DNA of 64,000 nucleotides from Massalongia carnosa (lineage: Eukaryota). Position numbers and translations under genes: made by a program. Numbering within the stretch: the first letter of the stretch is position 1; every line of letters starts with the position of its first letter. Where the stretch lies: assembly GCA_965645245.1 (NCBI GenBank), contig OZ287081.1, positions 1,240,001-1,304,000 of the forward strand, in the 5' to 3' direction. This document shows positions 13,518-25,081 of this stretch, piece by piece. The notes beneath the pieces are model-generated. The model was given only the letters and a program-made list of their open reading frames with translations. It had not been told where the DNA came from and ran no database searches.

Positions 13518-14873
13518 TCATCTAGGCAACCATAGCCAGTCGTGGCGGTTAAAAAGACAGTCAAATTCCACCGACCCGTGGGTGCCAATCGCACCGTACA
13601 AGTCGTGCTCTCCTTCGAGCCCATCCACACCTTGATCATTCTGGTCCAACTCCTCATGCAAATTCCAGCCCCCTTCCAACTTACCGTTTTTCGTAAAGAA
13701 CACTTCAACTTTTGATATCCCGCTATAATTTGGTGGCGCATCATAATCAGGGGGAGAATCTGGAAGTGAAAATGACATTCCAAGTCCAACGGTATCTCCA
13801 ACGACAAAGGCGGAGGTGAAATCCTTGCCACCCCAAGTATCGTTCACGTATCTACGTCCGTCGTCGCCGTGTACTCCGAGGCTTCCCCGTTCCCACCCAG
13901 GCAACCTCCAGGTTGGATACGGTATGCCGCAGTAGCCTAGTGCAATAGAAGGCTCGTCGGTTCCATGCCCACGGGCTAGGGAATGTATCTTAAGCTCAAA
14001 ATAAATGGTCTTACTTTTTCGGGTCTTTATTGGCGAATCTAAAAATGCAAAGTACAGAGGGGCCGAAGAAATGAGACAGGAGTCATTACTTCCTACTCGT
14101 GTAGACCCCTTCCATGTACCAACATTTACCATGCAGAGATCACCAGGGTATTCTAGTGGCTTGATCAGTCTGACATCCCCATTATTGACACTAGCGTATT
14201 GTTCTGGCGTAGGTTGATGTGGGATAATCAGAGGATGCCTTCTACACCAATCATGTGCTCTATTAGCGTCCGTAAGACTAGCATTGCCGTATGGGCTGGA
14301 AACATATCTTAAGCTTGGCGGAGGTGGCAATAATGCGTTGTCTGGGATCACGGTCCAATCATGATATGACGGAGGCTCCTCTGCGCTCTGATGAAGGGAA
14401 GGAGGCTGCCCAGGTCTCGAAGCATATTCGTTTTGTGCAAGTTGCTCTTCATAATTAGGAAAGTGAGTTCTCTCATGAGATCGTGACCCTATAGGAAGCA
14501 TGTAATCGTTTTGCCTACCAGGAGGCGCTAGAGGTGGAGCATACTGGCTTCGTCTAGGAGGATGGCCTGGAGAGGCATATTCATTCAGGCCCGGTGGTCC
14601 TGAAGGTGGATTATGCAAATTTTGTCCTGGAGGCCCTGGAGGAGCAGCATACCGACTTCGTCCGGGAGGAGGTTCGGGAGGTGGATTGTATATATTTCGT
14701 TGAGGAAGAGGTTCCGATGGAGGGGTGTATGTAGAGGCTGAGGCATCCGGTTGACGTGATGGCGGTAGTCTAGATGGGGATTTGAGAGTCCGACCAACTC
14801 GCTGAGGGTCTTGGGTCTTGGAGCGTCCAGCGCCGTCTAGATGACTACCTTGATGAGACTTGAAAAGACCCAT
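13518..14873 (-). CDS. SPRY/B30.2-domain protein (Ssh4-like) with Pro-rich N-terminus
   Basis: IYFELKI, YPTWRLPGWERGSLGVHGDDGRRY, GDTVGLG, VFFTKNG and LYGAIG; single exon. Confidence 0.85.
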   Translation of the reverse strand: MGLFKSHQGSHLDGAGRSKTQDPQRVGRTLKSPSRLPPSRQPDASASTYTPPSEPLPQRNIYNPPPEPPPGRSRYAAPPGPPGQNLHNPPSGPPGLNEYASPGHPPRRSQYAPPLAPPGRQNDYMLPIGSRSHERTHFPNYEEQLAQNEYASRPGQPPSLHQSAEEPPSYHDWTVIPDNALLPPPPSLRYVSSPYGNASLTDANRAHDWCRRHPLIIPHQPTPEQYASVNNGDVRLIKPLEYPGDLCMVNVGTWKGSTRVGSNDSCLISSAPLYFAFLDSPIKTRKSKTIYFELKIHSLARGHGTDEPSIALGYCGIPYPTWRLPGWERGSLGVHGDDGRRYVNDTWGGKDFTSAFVVGDTVGLGMSFSLPDSPPDYDAPPNYSGISKVEVFFTKNGKLEGGWNLHEELDQNDQGVDGLEGEHDLYGAIGTHGSVEFDCLFNRHDWLWLPR

Positions 14874-15780
14874 AATAAGAGCAGCAAGGTCCCAAAGAGA
14901 TGGAGGTCTATTAAACGAAGGTCGTTGAAATGAGGGGCACAAGGGGTTGCCGATACCAGAAAGTATGACGTAAGCTGTTTAATTGTTTATTACATGATCT
15001 GCGCAGGGATTACAATAATTACAATGAAGCTAATGCCTTGGTGTAAGATTCGATTCTCAATAGGTACCTGCTCATGGAGTACTCTGTACACAGTATTCTG
15101 TGTCACTGCTTTTATCCAAATACAGAGTACTCCCAGATATCTGCCCTGTTCAGCCATGTGGCTGGGTCATGCTGTTGAAGGAAGCGTTTACAAGTTGAAA
15201 ACAATTACAAAGTACTTCTTGAAGCACATGCCAAATAGTGAAATAACTAGATAATTACATACGAATGGATGATCAAGTGCCCAGATGCTGAATGACTGGA
15301 TAGGTGATTGAATAGATAGATGTACAGTTAAACGAACCCGTAAGCACGTACAGAATATGTTTAAAATAGGAGGGATGGATAGAGAATGATGGACCCAATG
15401 CACAGAAAATAGGTGGCAGAGTGCCAGAAGTCTCTGGATAGTACAGAACTTCTATGAATGAAATAATTCAGATTGTTGCGACTAATCTCTAGGCTATGCG
15501 TAGGAGTGATGTTATAGAACATTCGAGAATGTCTATAGACCTGAATTTCTAAGCATCGAAGATACCAGAAATTCTCAGATGTAACTATTCCCATATCAGT
15601 AAAATACGCGAAGGCATTCGCATATTACGTCAGATATGATCCAGCTGGCTTGGCATTCGCAACAGAATAGATAGGAATCCATGTAGCTATTTTTTGATAA
15701 TGAAATATTTATTAGAGTAAACACTAGATCAATCTTATGGTTCTTACACCATACAGATACTATAGCAAGAGTGTGACTTC

Positions 15781-16768
15781 CTACACCGTCACGTCTGCAT
15801 TCTTCCTCTTCCTTCTGTATTCTTTCAATGTTATCACCTTCCTCCTAAGATAAGACGCAACGAGACCCTTTTCTTTTTTAATTTCATCATGGGTCGATAT
15901 CCAATATTTTGCCCGACATATTCTTTGAGCTTTGAGGCCGTTATGAGCTCTAAGATTGAGATGCTTCAAGGAACTGAGGGTTATGTTATGAAGGCTATGG
16001 AGAAGTGCAAGCGTTCGCAGGGGTGGTGCGGCAAACTTCATATAGCAAAGGTCTCGTGCTTATATACCATGTGGCGTGTAAATAACACCCTCGCCCTCTC
16101 GAGCATCGGCTAACTATTTAGAACCATGAGTTGCATTTAGATCAAATGCTATGAGAATTGCTGAATGAAAGTAGAGTGAGTCGTGCTTAGCAACTATTCT
16201 GGATATTCCAAGCCAATGGGGTAATGGTAGAACAGAGCCTTTTCTCCAGTCGGGATCTTGCATAATGAAAGTAGATATGGCATGAACAGAATCGAAATGA
16301 TTCCACGATCTTATTAGTTCTGCCGCAGGCCCTACTGTGAACACGGGAGTTTTGGACAGAACTCGAGCAGTGTATTCTTGTTACAATCTGAGAATTCATG
16401 TGATATGACTATTGCATCGACAAGATCTTACGACAGGTCTACTTCCATGTTTTCTAGATTGCGTTTCATTATTCATGCAGCTTGGTCCCGGTCAAAATTA
16501 TCAAGGTATTCTAAAAGTTCGTTAAGCCCGCCAATGCTTTGTATGATCGATTTGGTTGCGTGCGATTGAGTCGAAAACTAAGTGGCCCTTGAAGTTATGG
16601 TTCTAGAACAACGTTGTATTACGAGCTTCCTATAAGAGGCAAAATATCCTGAGGGTAAGGAAGCTGTAGAAGGCAAGTTGTATCCGCATTTAGGTGAGTT
16701 ATGATCTGTCGACGAGTCTTTACGCTCTTACAGATGTTCTTCAGAAGTTGTAAAGTGGTGGCTTCCAT
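15781..16768 (-). pseudogene. Decayed conserved fungal protein (probable metallo-beta-lactamase fold)
   Basis: Collinear fragments IITHLNADTT.LLQLPYP, VDAIVISHEFSD, AAELIRSWNHF, LPHWLGISRI, YFHSAILI, VIYTPHGI, LNL.AHNGLKAQRICRAKYWISTHDE. Broken by several in-frame stops (e.g. 16619) and at least two frameshifts. Confidence 0.75.
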
Positions 16769-16775
16769 ACATTGG

Positions 16776-18012
16776 CACGCGCGTGACAGAAACAGGCGGA
16801 CACCAAAATAAGCGAATATCATCAAATTTGAACTTACTACCATCTATAAAATAATTACCATCTAGTCATCTTGCCATTCATGTCTAAAACATCATCTATT
16901 CTTTTAGGCATTGGTTCGATCCATTCATTGATCGTTTCCTGAGAAAGACTGACCCAACCCGCCTTAATTGCAGCTATTGTGGTGTCATCATCCCAATGAG
17001 GTTGACGACCTACCCGTTGTTTGGGCACCTGCCAGCAATTTTCGATAGGAGAGAGATCAGGAGAACGAGGGCAGTTGAAGTAGTATTTTAGCCCATGCTC
17101 GTCCTTCCCCGATCCATGTCCTGAATCGCCATCTTCTTCCAACACGAAAATCGGGTCTGTTTCGAGCCATGTTTTTACTACCGGTTCCAGAACGAAGTCA
17201 ATATACACCATCTGACTCATCTTTCCATTCAAATTGCCGGGAACCTCATAAAAAATCAGCTTTGATTTGAAGTTCCACCCCACAGCAGCCCAACAATGAT
17301 ATCGTTTCTGTTTTTTGTCCTTCTCTTCAGGCTCATGTTGTTCCTGAATGCAATCCTGACACGTACGCTCGCCAGGTTTTCGAATGATGCGTAGTCTTCG
17401 TTGAGGTCCTCGTCCGAAATGAACTTCATCGGAAAAGCGAACTCTTTTCCAATCATTCAACGAGTATGTGTTTCGTTTGTTCCAAGCCCAGTCCTTTCGT
17501 GCAATCATCAAATCTTTCGGGACGTAGGTTTTTGTGCGTGCGAGACATTTACGATAGTTTCGTTCATGCATCGCTCGTTGTATAGTACGCCAGGAGACGG
17601 AGGAAGTCTCAGCAGCTGCACCCAGTTGATTCCAGGTCAGTGATCTTCCCTCCAAGCCAGGTTTGCAATATTTCATCCATACGATCTATCTGCTTCTTTG
17701 ACAATTTGCGAGGCTGACCACGAGTCTCCGATTTGTTTGTATGATCATGCCGTCGATTAGTTTCTTGATCGTTGAGTATTTCATAACCTCGAGTATGTCC
17801 CACGCCGAAAAACTCGAAAACCTCTCGCTTTGAACGCAAAATCCCTTTCGCCTTGGTAGGAGTGGTATGCTCAGTATTTATAGTGATTCGTGACTCTAGA
17901 ACAGGCTCCATTGCTTATAAAGAATTGTGTATGTACGATGTAAAAATTAAAAAACTAAGGTGTGGGTGGTGCGGGGAAATTTTGGTGTCCGCCTGTTTCT
18001 GTCACGCGCGTG
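16776..18012 (-). mobile_element. Tc1/mariner-like DNA transposon with 34-bp perfect TIRs and atypical 5-bp TSD (ATTGG)
   Basis: TIR CACGCGCGTGACAGAAACAGGCGGACACCAAAAT at 16776-16809 and its reverse complement at 17979-18012. ATTGG lies directly outside both ends (16771-16775, 18013-18017). Internal transposase. Confidence 0.92.
16855..17911 (-). pseudogene. Tc1-like (DDE) transposase, frameshifted
   Basis: N-terminal ORF with RGQPRKL (GRPR-like linker), a frameshift near 17660, then WKRVRFSDEVHF, FVLEEDGDSGHG, SPDLSPIENCW and MPKRIDDVL..NG.MT.W. Confidence 0.88.
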
Positions 18013-18221
18013 ATTGGTTGGCACATCAAGGTTGTAAGCGAAACTATTGTAGTACCTTGTACGAACACTGTAATAAACCCGCCGTACGCATGTATTTTCT
18101 TAATATACCAGTACACATACTCGAGTAGGTATTTACCCAGATAGGTAATTTATTTCCTTAGTGATACAGCTAAAATATCTGTGTTTTTTAATTACATAAT
18201 ATCAATAATTGATTAAACTTA

Positions 18222-20871
18222 GGCTACGGATAGAAGCACACCCCTTTGGTTACCCACACACCCCCGGTGGTTACCCACACACCCAACCCTAAAGTAGCTT
18301 AAGTTTGAAAAGTTTCTTCGGCCACTTTCCCTTATCGGGTGACCATCTTTCCTAACTAGGGAATTTTGATCCTGCATCTTCATTCTGCGTTTTCCCTGCA
18401 TTGATACCCCGCATTACTGACGCCACGTCGTCATCATGAGTCTTCGTCCTCCAGAAGATGGACAATCCTTCGAATCACTGGATGACCTTGTTATTCGTGT
18501 TAATGAGCATGCCGCCCCACAAGGATATGCCATCGTGTTAAGCCGGACCAAGAAATCGAAACTCGGAATAAGAAGAAAGGCCTGGTTGATTTGTGATCGA
18601 GGAGGAAAGCCCCGAGGTCCTCAGGGACAGGAAAGACGTCATACCAGCAGTAGATGCATAGAATGTCCGTTTCTTCTGACTGCCAAGCGAATGGAAGAAG
18701 ATGGAGGTGCCTGGATTCTGGAGGTGGTAAATGAGGAACATAATCATTCGTCCAGTCTCGCTGGCGCCCATCCGGTTCATAGAAGAATGGCGATGACAGC
18801 AGAAGTGAAAAGTGAGATATCTCGTCAAATTAACAGTGCAAGTAGCACCTTCCAAAGTTTTATCTAGTCTTCGCATTCCTGATCCCACTTTGGGATCAGT
18901 CAACACGGACGATCCGGCCGATCCTCAGATTATTAATCCTCTTTTCAAACCTCGAGATATCTATAATCACAAAGCTCAGATGCGTCGCGACATTCTGGGA
19001 CCGCTTACCCCCGTGCAGGCATTGATTCAAGAGTTGGATCGAGGGCATTGGACATACCACATGCAGAAAGATGAGCTGAATCGCATCACTCATCTCTTCT
19101 TCGTCAGAGAAAGCTCCCAAACTCTTCTGAAGACAAACTATGAGGTGTTGGTAATGGACTGCACCTACAAGACAAATCGATATCGCATGCCTCTTCTTAT
19201 TGTAAGTGGTCAGACCAGTCTGCATACAAATTTCTATGTGGCTTTCTGTTTCATGGCATCAGAAACCACCGCCGATTACACGTGGGTATTGTCTCATCTG
19301 AAGGCATTGTATTTGCAACTCGAACTTCCTGATCCAGTCGTTATCGTCACTGATATGGAACGTGCTTTGATGTCCGCTATTGATCAGACTTTTCCGAACA
19401 CTAATCATCTTCTTTGCATTTGGCACATCAACAACAACATCGTAGCCAGTTGTAAGAAAAGCTTTGATACCAAAGAAGCATGGGATGCCTTCTTTGCTGA
19501 ATGGAAATCCATCGTATACGCCACTACCGAACCGGAATTCTGGCAACTATGGGGGCGGTTTTGTGGTACGATTCCTGGAAATTGCGTGGAGTATATCACC
19601 TCAACTTATTTGTCTTTTCGGCATCATTTCGTCAAATGCTACACTGACAAGATGTTGCATTTTGATACCACGACGACATCTCGAGGTGAAGGCGGTCATG
19701 CAGTTTTGAAACGTCAGCTGGGATCATCGACCGGAGATCTGAAGACGGTGGTGGATGGCATCAACTTACTATTGATCAATGAACTTCACAACTATCTTAT
19801 TACATTCAACGAAGCCAGAGACCGACTTCCCATGGATCTTCGAAAACCAGTGTTTCAGCGATTAACCGGACTCGTCACCCCTCATGCCCTACGAAAGATG
19901 CTTCTTCAGTACAATCTTGTGGTCGGACGACCCATAGTATTGGGGCCTTGCACCCATGCTTACACCATCACAACTGGACTTCCATGTAGTCATAAATCCA
20001 GGAAAGGTTGTATGAGGAAGGAAGTCTGTTGATTGAAGACGTTCATCCACATTGGAGGTAGGTTATTGGATACATTCAGAGTTTCCCTGCGATTACTAAC
20101 TATTGTAGGTTTCAGAGAACCATGCCTGCCAATACGAGGAATGACTTACTATTGGTGCAAGAACCGGAGATGGCAAGAACTCGAGGACGTCCTCAAGGAG
20201 CTGAGAATCTCAACAGAAGGACCATAGCATTTGAGGCCTCTACCAATCGAGTACCTTCTCAATTCGAACGTGTCGAGATGGAGACAGCTGGGATAAACGA
20301 GATAGTCGATCCAGAGGTGGAACGTGTTATACAAAGAGCCGATCCAGCACCCGGAAAACGAGGAAGGCCACGAGGTCGACCCCGAGGTGTAGGAAAAGGG
20401 GCGGGACAAGGTGGAAGAAAGAAACAACCGAAATCAGCTGGCATGGGGGGACAATCAGAATTAGCTGGCACAGGGGGACAATCAGAATTAGCTGGCACGG
20501 GGGGATAATCAGAATCAGCTGGCACGGGATACAGGCCACAGGCGGAGTAGCTAGGCTGCAAAAAGACTGGTCTAATCAAATCGTGGTCTGATTGACGAAG
20601 ATGGTCTCAATCGACTCCGTTTGAAAAAGTTGGGTCAGAGCTGGCAAGGGGTGTACAGCTAGGCACGTGCCAGGTGATTAAGTAAAATATTAGGTAGTGG
20701 GGAAAAGTTTAACGGCTTAACCTAGTTAGGAAAGGTGGTCAGCCAATAAGGGAAAGTGGCCAAAGAAACTTAAGCTACTTTAGGGTAGGGTGTGTGGGTA
20801 ACCACCGGGGGTGTGTGGGTAACCGAGGGGGGTGTGTGGGTAATCAAAGGGGTGTGCTTCTATCCGTACCC
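18222..20871 (+). mobile_element. Mutator-like element (MULE) with ~140-150-bp TIRs and 8-bp TSD
   Basis: Left TIR GGCTACGGATAGAAGCACACCCCTTTG...CCTAACTAGG (18222-18360) matches the inverted right TIR at 20721-20871. TAAACTTA is duplicated at 18214-18221 and 20872-20879. Confidence 0.93.
18436..20508 (+). pseudogene. MULE transposase (FAR1-like Zn domain, DDE domain, SWIM-like CxH, AT-hook) with two 1-bp frameshifts
   Basis: CDRGG...CPF...W...HNH; VMDCTYKTNRYRMPL; VIVTDMERAL; LLCIWHI; SRGEGGH; GLPCSH; KRGRPRGRPRG. Frameshifts near 18828 and 19995; probable intron at ~20058-20108. Confidence 0.88.
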
Positions 20872-21401
20872 TAAACTTATAAATTTTGTGGAATCTTCTT
20901 GGATTTATTAATTATATAAAATTATAAATAGAAAATAGGAAACAATTATCTTTGAAGTTTTCCAAGAATTTACAACAGTACATGAAATCATCTATGTATA
21001 TTATTTATAGAAATACCCGAATATTCGAAAATTTATACCGGGTTACGAACTAGCACTTGGAACGACTTGATGGCATGAGAATTTCCTTATTGGGCAACTT
21101 CATCCATTTCCTTGGATTTCCTGCAGAAGACGATGACGCATAACATACAAAGATGTACCGGTAGGTACCTGATGCTCCTTGTGATCTACTAAAATAAAAA
21201 GCCTCTAATATACCAATAAGACCCCTATTAGTGTAATACAACAAATAACTTACGCGTAGATATGTAGATGTTTTCTTGTTTGCTGTTATTTGCCATTTGC
21301 CTGATTACCTAATTCAAATACCTCCAAATCCCATCACTTCATTTGAGCTTTCATTTCCTGCACTTCTGCAACTTCATCTCAAGGATTCTCTCTTAACTTC
21401 G

Positions 21402-24236
21402 ATGGTGGAATCTTCTGACAAGCCGAACCTATTAGATCGCATTCGCTCTTCTGCCCGGAAGGCTTATGCCTCATACACCCCAACCAAAGCAGGCAACAAA
21501 CATCCTGTACTCCTAACGAACGAACCAATTCGTAATAATGCAGAGGAACGAGCAGAATCTGCAATCACAAATCCTATCGATGTCATCGAAAACTCCATCA
21601 CTGCCGCAGATATCACTGGAGATTATATTAACGACAAAATCTCCTCGGTGTTACCTCCACCGGCACCGCCTCCGCATGAAGATGGGGGCGAAGAGGGATC
21701 TGCCACCTTAGAACCAGAGCAAAAGTCCAATATTGTCTTTCGCTCCTACGAGAATTTCAAAGAAATCTTGTTCTCTAGCTGGCTGAACGTCCTTCTGGTA
21801 TTCATTCCTGTTGGCATTGCCGTGAAGGTAGCCGGCGTGAACCCTTCTATTGTATTCGCTACGAATGCAATCGCTATCATTCCACTTGCTGGATTACTAA
21901 GTCATGCTACCGAAAGCGTCGCTAGTGAGCTTGGAGACACTATTGGAGCTCTAATGAATATCACTTTTGGTAATGCAGTTGAGCTTATCATTTTGTAGGT
22001 TCTGCATTCTCTCCTCTAACTTGGCTCTACTAACAAGTTCATAGCATGTATGTCCAAAATGCAGAATTCAAGACAAGAAAGAGCAATAGGCAGCTTATAA
22101 GGCACCTTTAACTCGATTGCGTTCTATGACATCTGTTCCCTAACCCCTGGTGTTGCTTGCCGGTGTTGTTTCGCTTGCTTACACATTTTATGGCGATTCT
22201 ATAGCATTGCACTTGTCAAGGTTAGTTACAGGGGGCCTTGGCCACGCTACGTATTCGGGCAGCGCTGATTTCTCAGAATGAGATTCGCATTGTACAGGCA
22301 TCCCTTCTGGGATCTATTTTAGCCAATCTCCTGCTTATTCTCGGCATGTGCTTTTTGTTCGGTGGACTTCGCTTCCGGGAACAGGTATGGGCACACGGCT
22401 GGCAAGGCTTGGTATTCGCTTATACTGTCTAGATTTATAACAGCACCGTGACACAAATGAGCGCTTGCTTGCTGAGTTTAAGCGTTATGAGCCTTTTATT
22501 ACCAGTATGTGTTCCAGCGGCTTATACCATTTTTGAAGCAACTTTAATCGGCTTTGACAGACTGCGTTCCATGCTTCGTTCACCGATAACGCAATAGCTG
22601 ATAAAGCAGTAATCAAAGTCAGCAGGGGAACAAGTATTGTAAAACGGTCCTGTGCGCTCCGAGATAGCAATCGGCTAATTTCTTCAAGATTCTCCTATTT
22701 GTGTATATCTTATACTTGCTTTTTCAGCTAAAATCCCACGCCTACATGTATCAGAGTACTCCGCAACATGTGATTGATGAAGAATCTCACCCGGGTGTCT
22801 TAGCGGACATGCTTGGTTCTTCTACTTCATCGAGCTCGCCCAGCTCTTCTGGCGAGAGCGACAGTGATAGCGATAGGTCATCAGGGTCCAACACTACCGC
22901 GAAGCGCATCAGAAGAGTCTTGAGGGGCAGAAGACGTCGTAAGTCAAGTGCAAGCTCCAAGGATACGCCTTCGGTTCCATCGACAGCTCGAACACCATCA
23001 GCAAGCACTTTCAACAATATTTTCGACCGAAGCGATTTTACAGGAATTGATTTTAGCTATGAGAAGCCTAGTGGAAGTATCCCTCGCCCAGGTGTCATTG
23101 CTAGCGGCGATGAAGCTGATACCGATGGCGAGCGTGAGCATCATTTGCCTTCAAATAGAGATCCAACCATCAATTTTCGTGATTTTGAGAATGAGAAAGG
23201 CAACTCTGGCTCTAAATCGCCTGAAGTCAAACTGAAGGAAAGGAGGTCAAAGCGGAAGCACCGTAAATATAGTCACCACATAGCCGAGCAGGTGGAGGTA
23301 TCTGAGATATCTGCAGCGGTAGCTGTGCGTGAGACGGACACCATTGATGCTGGACCAGTTGCTCCTCACGTCGACTTTGTGGAAAATGTTAAGATAGTGC
23401 CAGAGAGTTCACCCAAACGCCCATTTAATATACGTGGACTCTCTGTGCGTGGGGCGATGCCGGTATTACCAGCATTGCCGATGCCGACGATACCGAGGAT
23501 GCTTTCTTCTACCGTCTTCTCCGCCACAAATCCAACTGGTCTTTCAACTAGTGGTCGCTCAGCTACCTTCCGTTCACTACGGCGGACTAAATCCTTAACA
23601 GCTCTTGATGATACAGATCCAGGCCTCTTAACACAGCCCCTATCTCAACAACTGTATACAGACCCGTCGCATCCTTTGGCTGACTCCGCAGACGGCAGAG
23701 ACCTCAAGAAGCATATGTCTCGTACAGCTGCAATATTGTTGCTACTCATATCTACCGGCCTAGTGGCTGTGTGCGCAGAATTTCTTGTTGATAGCATCAA
23801 TTATTTAGTAGATAATACCAGTGTCAGCGAAGCTTTCGTTGGTCTGATCATACTTCCTATTGTTGGCAATGCTGCTGAGCATGTTACCGCAGTCACTGTG
23901 GCCAGCAAGAACAAAATGGATCTTGCAATTGGAGTTGCAGTCGGTTCGAGCATCCAAATTGCTTTGTTTGTTACGCCTGTTATTGTCTTACTTGGGTGGA
24001 TTCTGGCCAAAGACATGAGCCTCTATTTCTCTCTTTTTGAGACAGTATCACTTTTCGTCTCGGCCTTTATTGTCAACTTTCTAGTCCTGGACGGTCGGAG
24101 CAACTACCTTGAAGGTGCGCTTCTAATCGCTGCTTATGTGATTATTGCTGTTGCCGCATTTTTTTACCCCGATTCCGGTGAGCAGAGCACACTTGGTGGC
24201 GGAGAGCATGCGGAGAGAATTTTCAGGATGAGCTAG
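21402..24236 (+). CDS. Vacuolar Ca2+/H+ exchanger (CAX/Vcx1 family) with long central cytosolic loop
   Basis: Alpha-repeat motifs TFGNAVE and PIVGNAAEH, plus LLGSILANLLL, GSSIQIALF and DGRSNYLEG. Multiple short introns at 21995-22688. Confidence 0.93.
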
Positions 24237-25081
24237 GGAAGGAAACTGTAGGGTGAGCGAGGTTTATGCCGCTGGCAATGCTCCGGGTTAGGATGCAAAG
24301 GAATTCCCTCAGATTCAGAACTAATAACTCTTGCTGTCACGGATTTCATTGATTTCAAGGTAATCGCCATATTACTCGTATGCTCAGCTCGCTCCTGGCA
24401 ATTTTCCCACTTTAACTTTAGCTACAAGTGATGTTATTTTTCATTGCGCTTCCACTATCTTTAACAGTATGAAGTCAAGTAATCAATCATAGTATTTTAT
24501 CATGTATAGATAGATGGTGGCACGGGTGGCTGCCATGTGAACGTTTAAGCGCAAAGACATACAACTACTTTGTAGAGGCTGTAAACGACTAAAGATACAA
24601 TCAAGAAGTAGAGGTAATCGGTGAATGGTATTCAGCATAGTGAAGTAGCATTAAAAAGAGCTTTTATCCCTTTTCAACCTCAACAAGATTAAGAAGAAGA
24701 AAGACCTCTTGATCAAGAAGAGCAGCTTAGACTTAGGATCTTGCGCTCCTTACCAGCTTTTCACTGGCGGGCACAACAAAAAGCATGGAGAACACGTTAC
24801 ATGCCTCGTCTTATGAGATTATACATATCAGCGCGATTCTATGTATGTATTGGTTGTTTTTACTAAGCTGTGTTCAAATTCGAAAGTGATTATCTTTACG
24901 AGGGATACAGTTTCCCTCCTGCCTGAAGCCCAGTCTCTTTTCTCCCGTTGATCGACAATCGCTACGAGTTGCTCGCTAGCGATGAATGGCCTCCTGAGAG
25001 AACCATTCCTTAAGGAGGCGCATAAAAGTGGTATCTCGAGTTGCGCTGTGTTTGTGTGCTCTTTCAAACTCCCTTGTCTCC

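Noticed and set aside
16776..18012. Classification as Transib or CACTA because of the CAC ends
   Set aside because: The encoded protein has Tc1-type DDE motifs (FSDE, SPDLSPIEN) and the terminus is CACGC, not CACTA.
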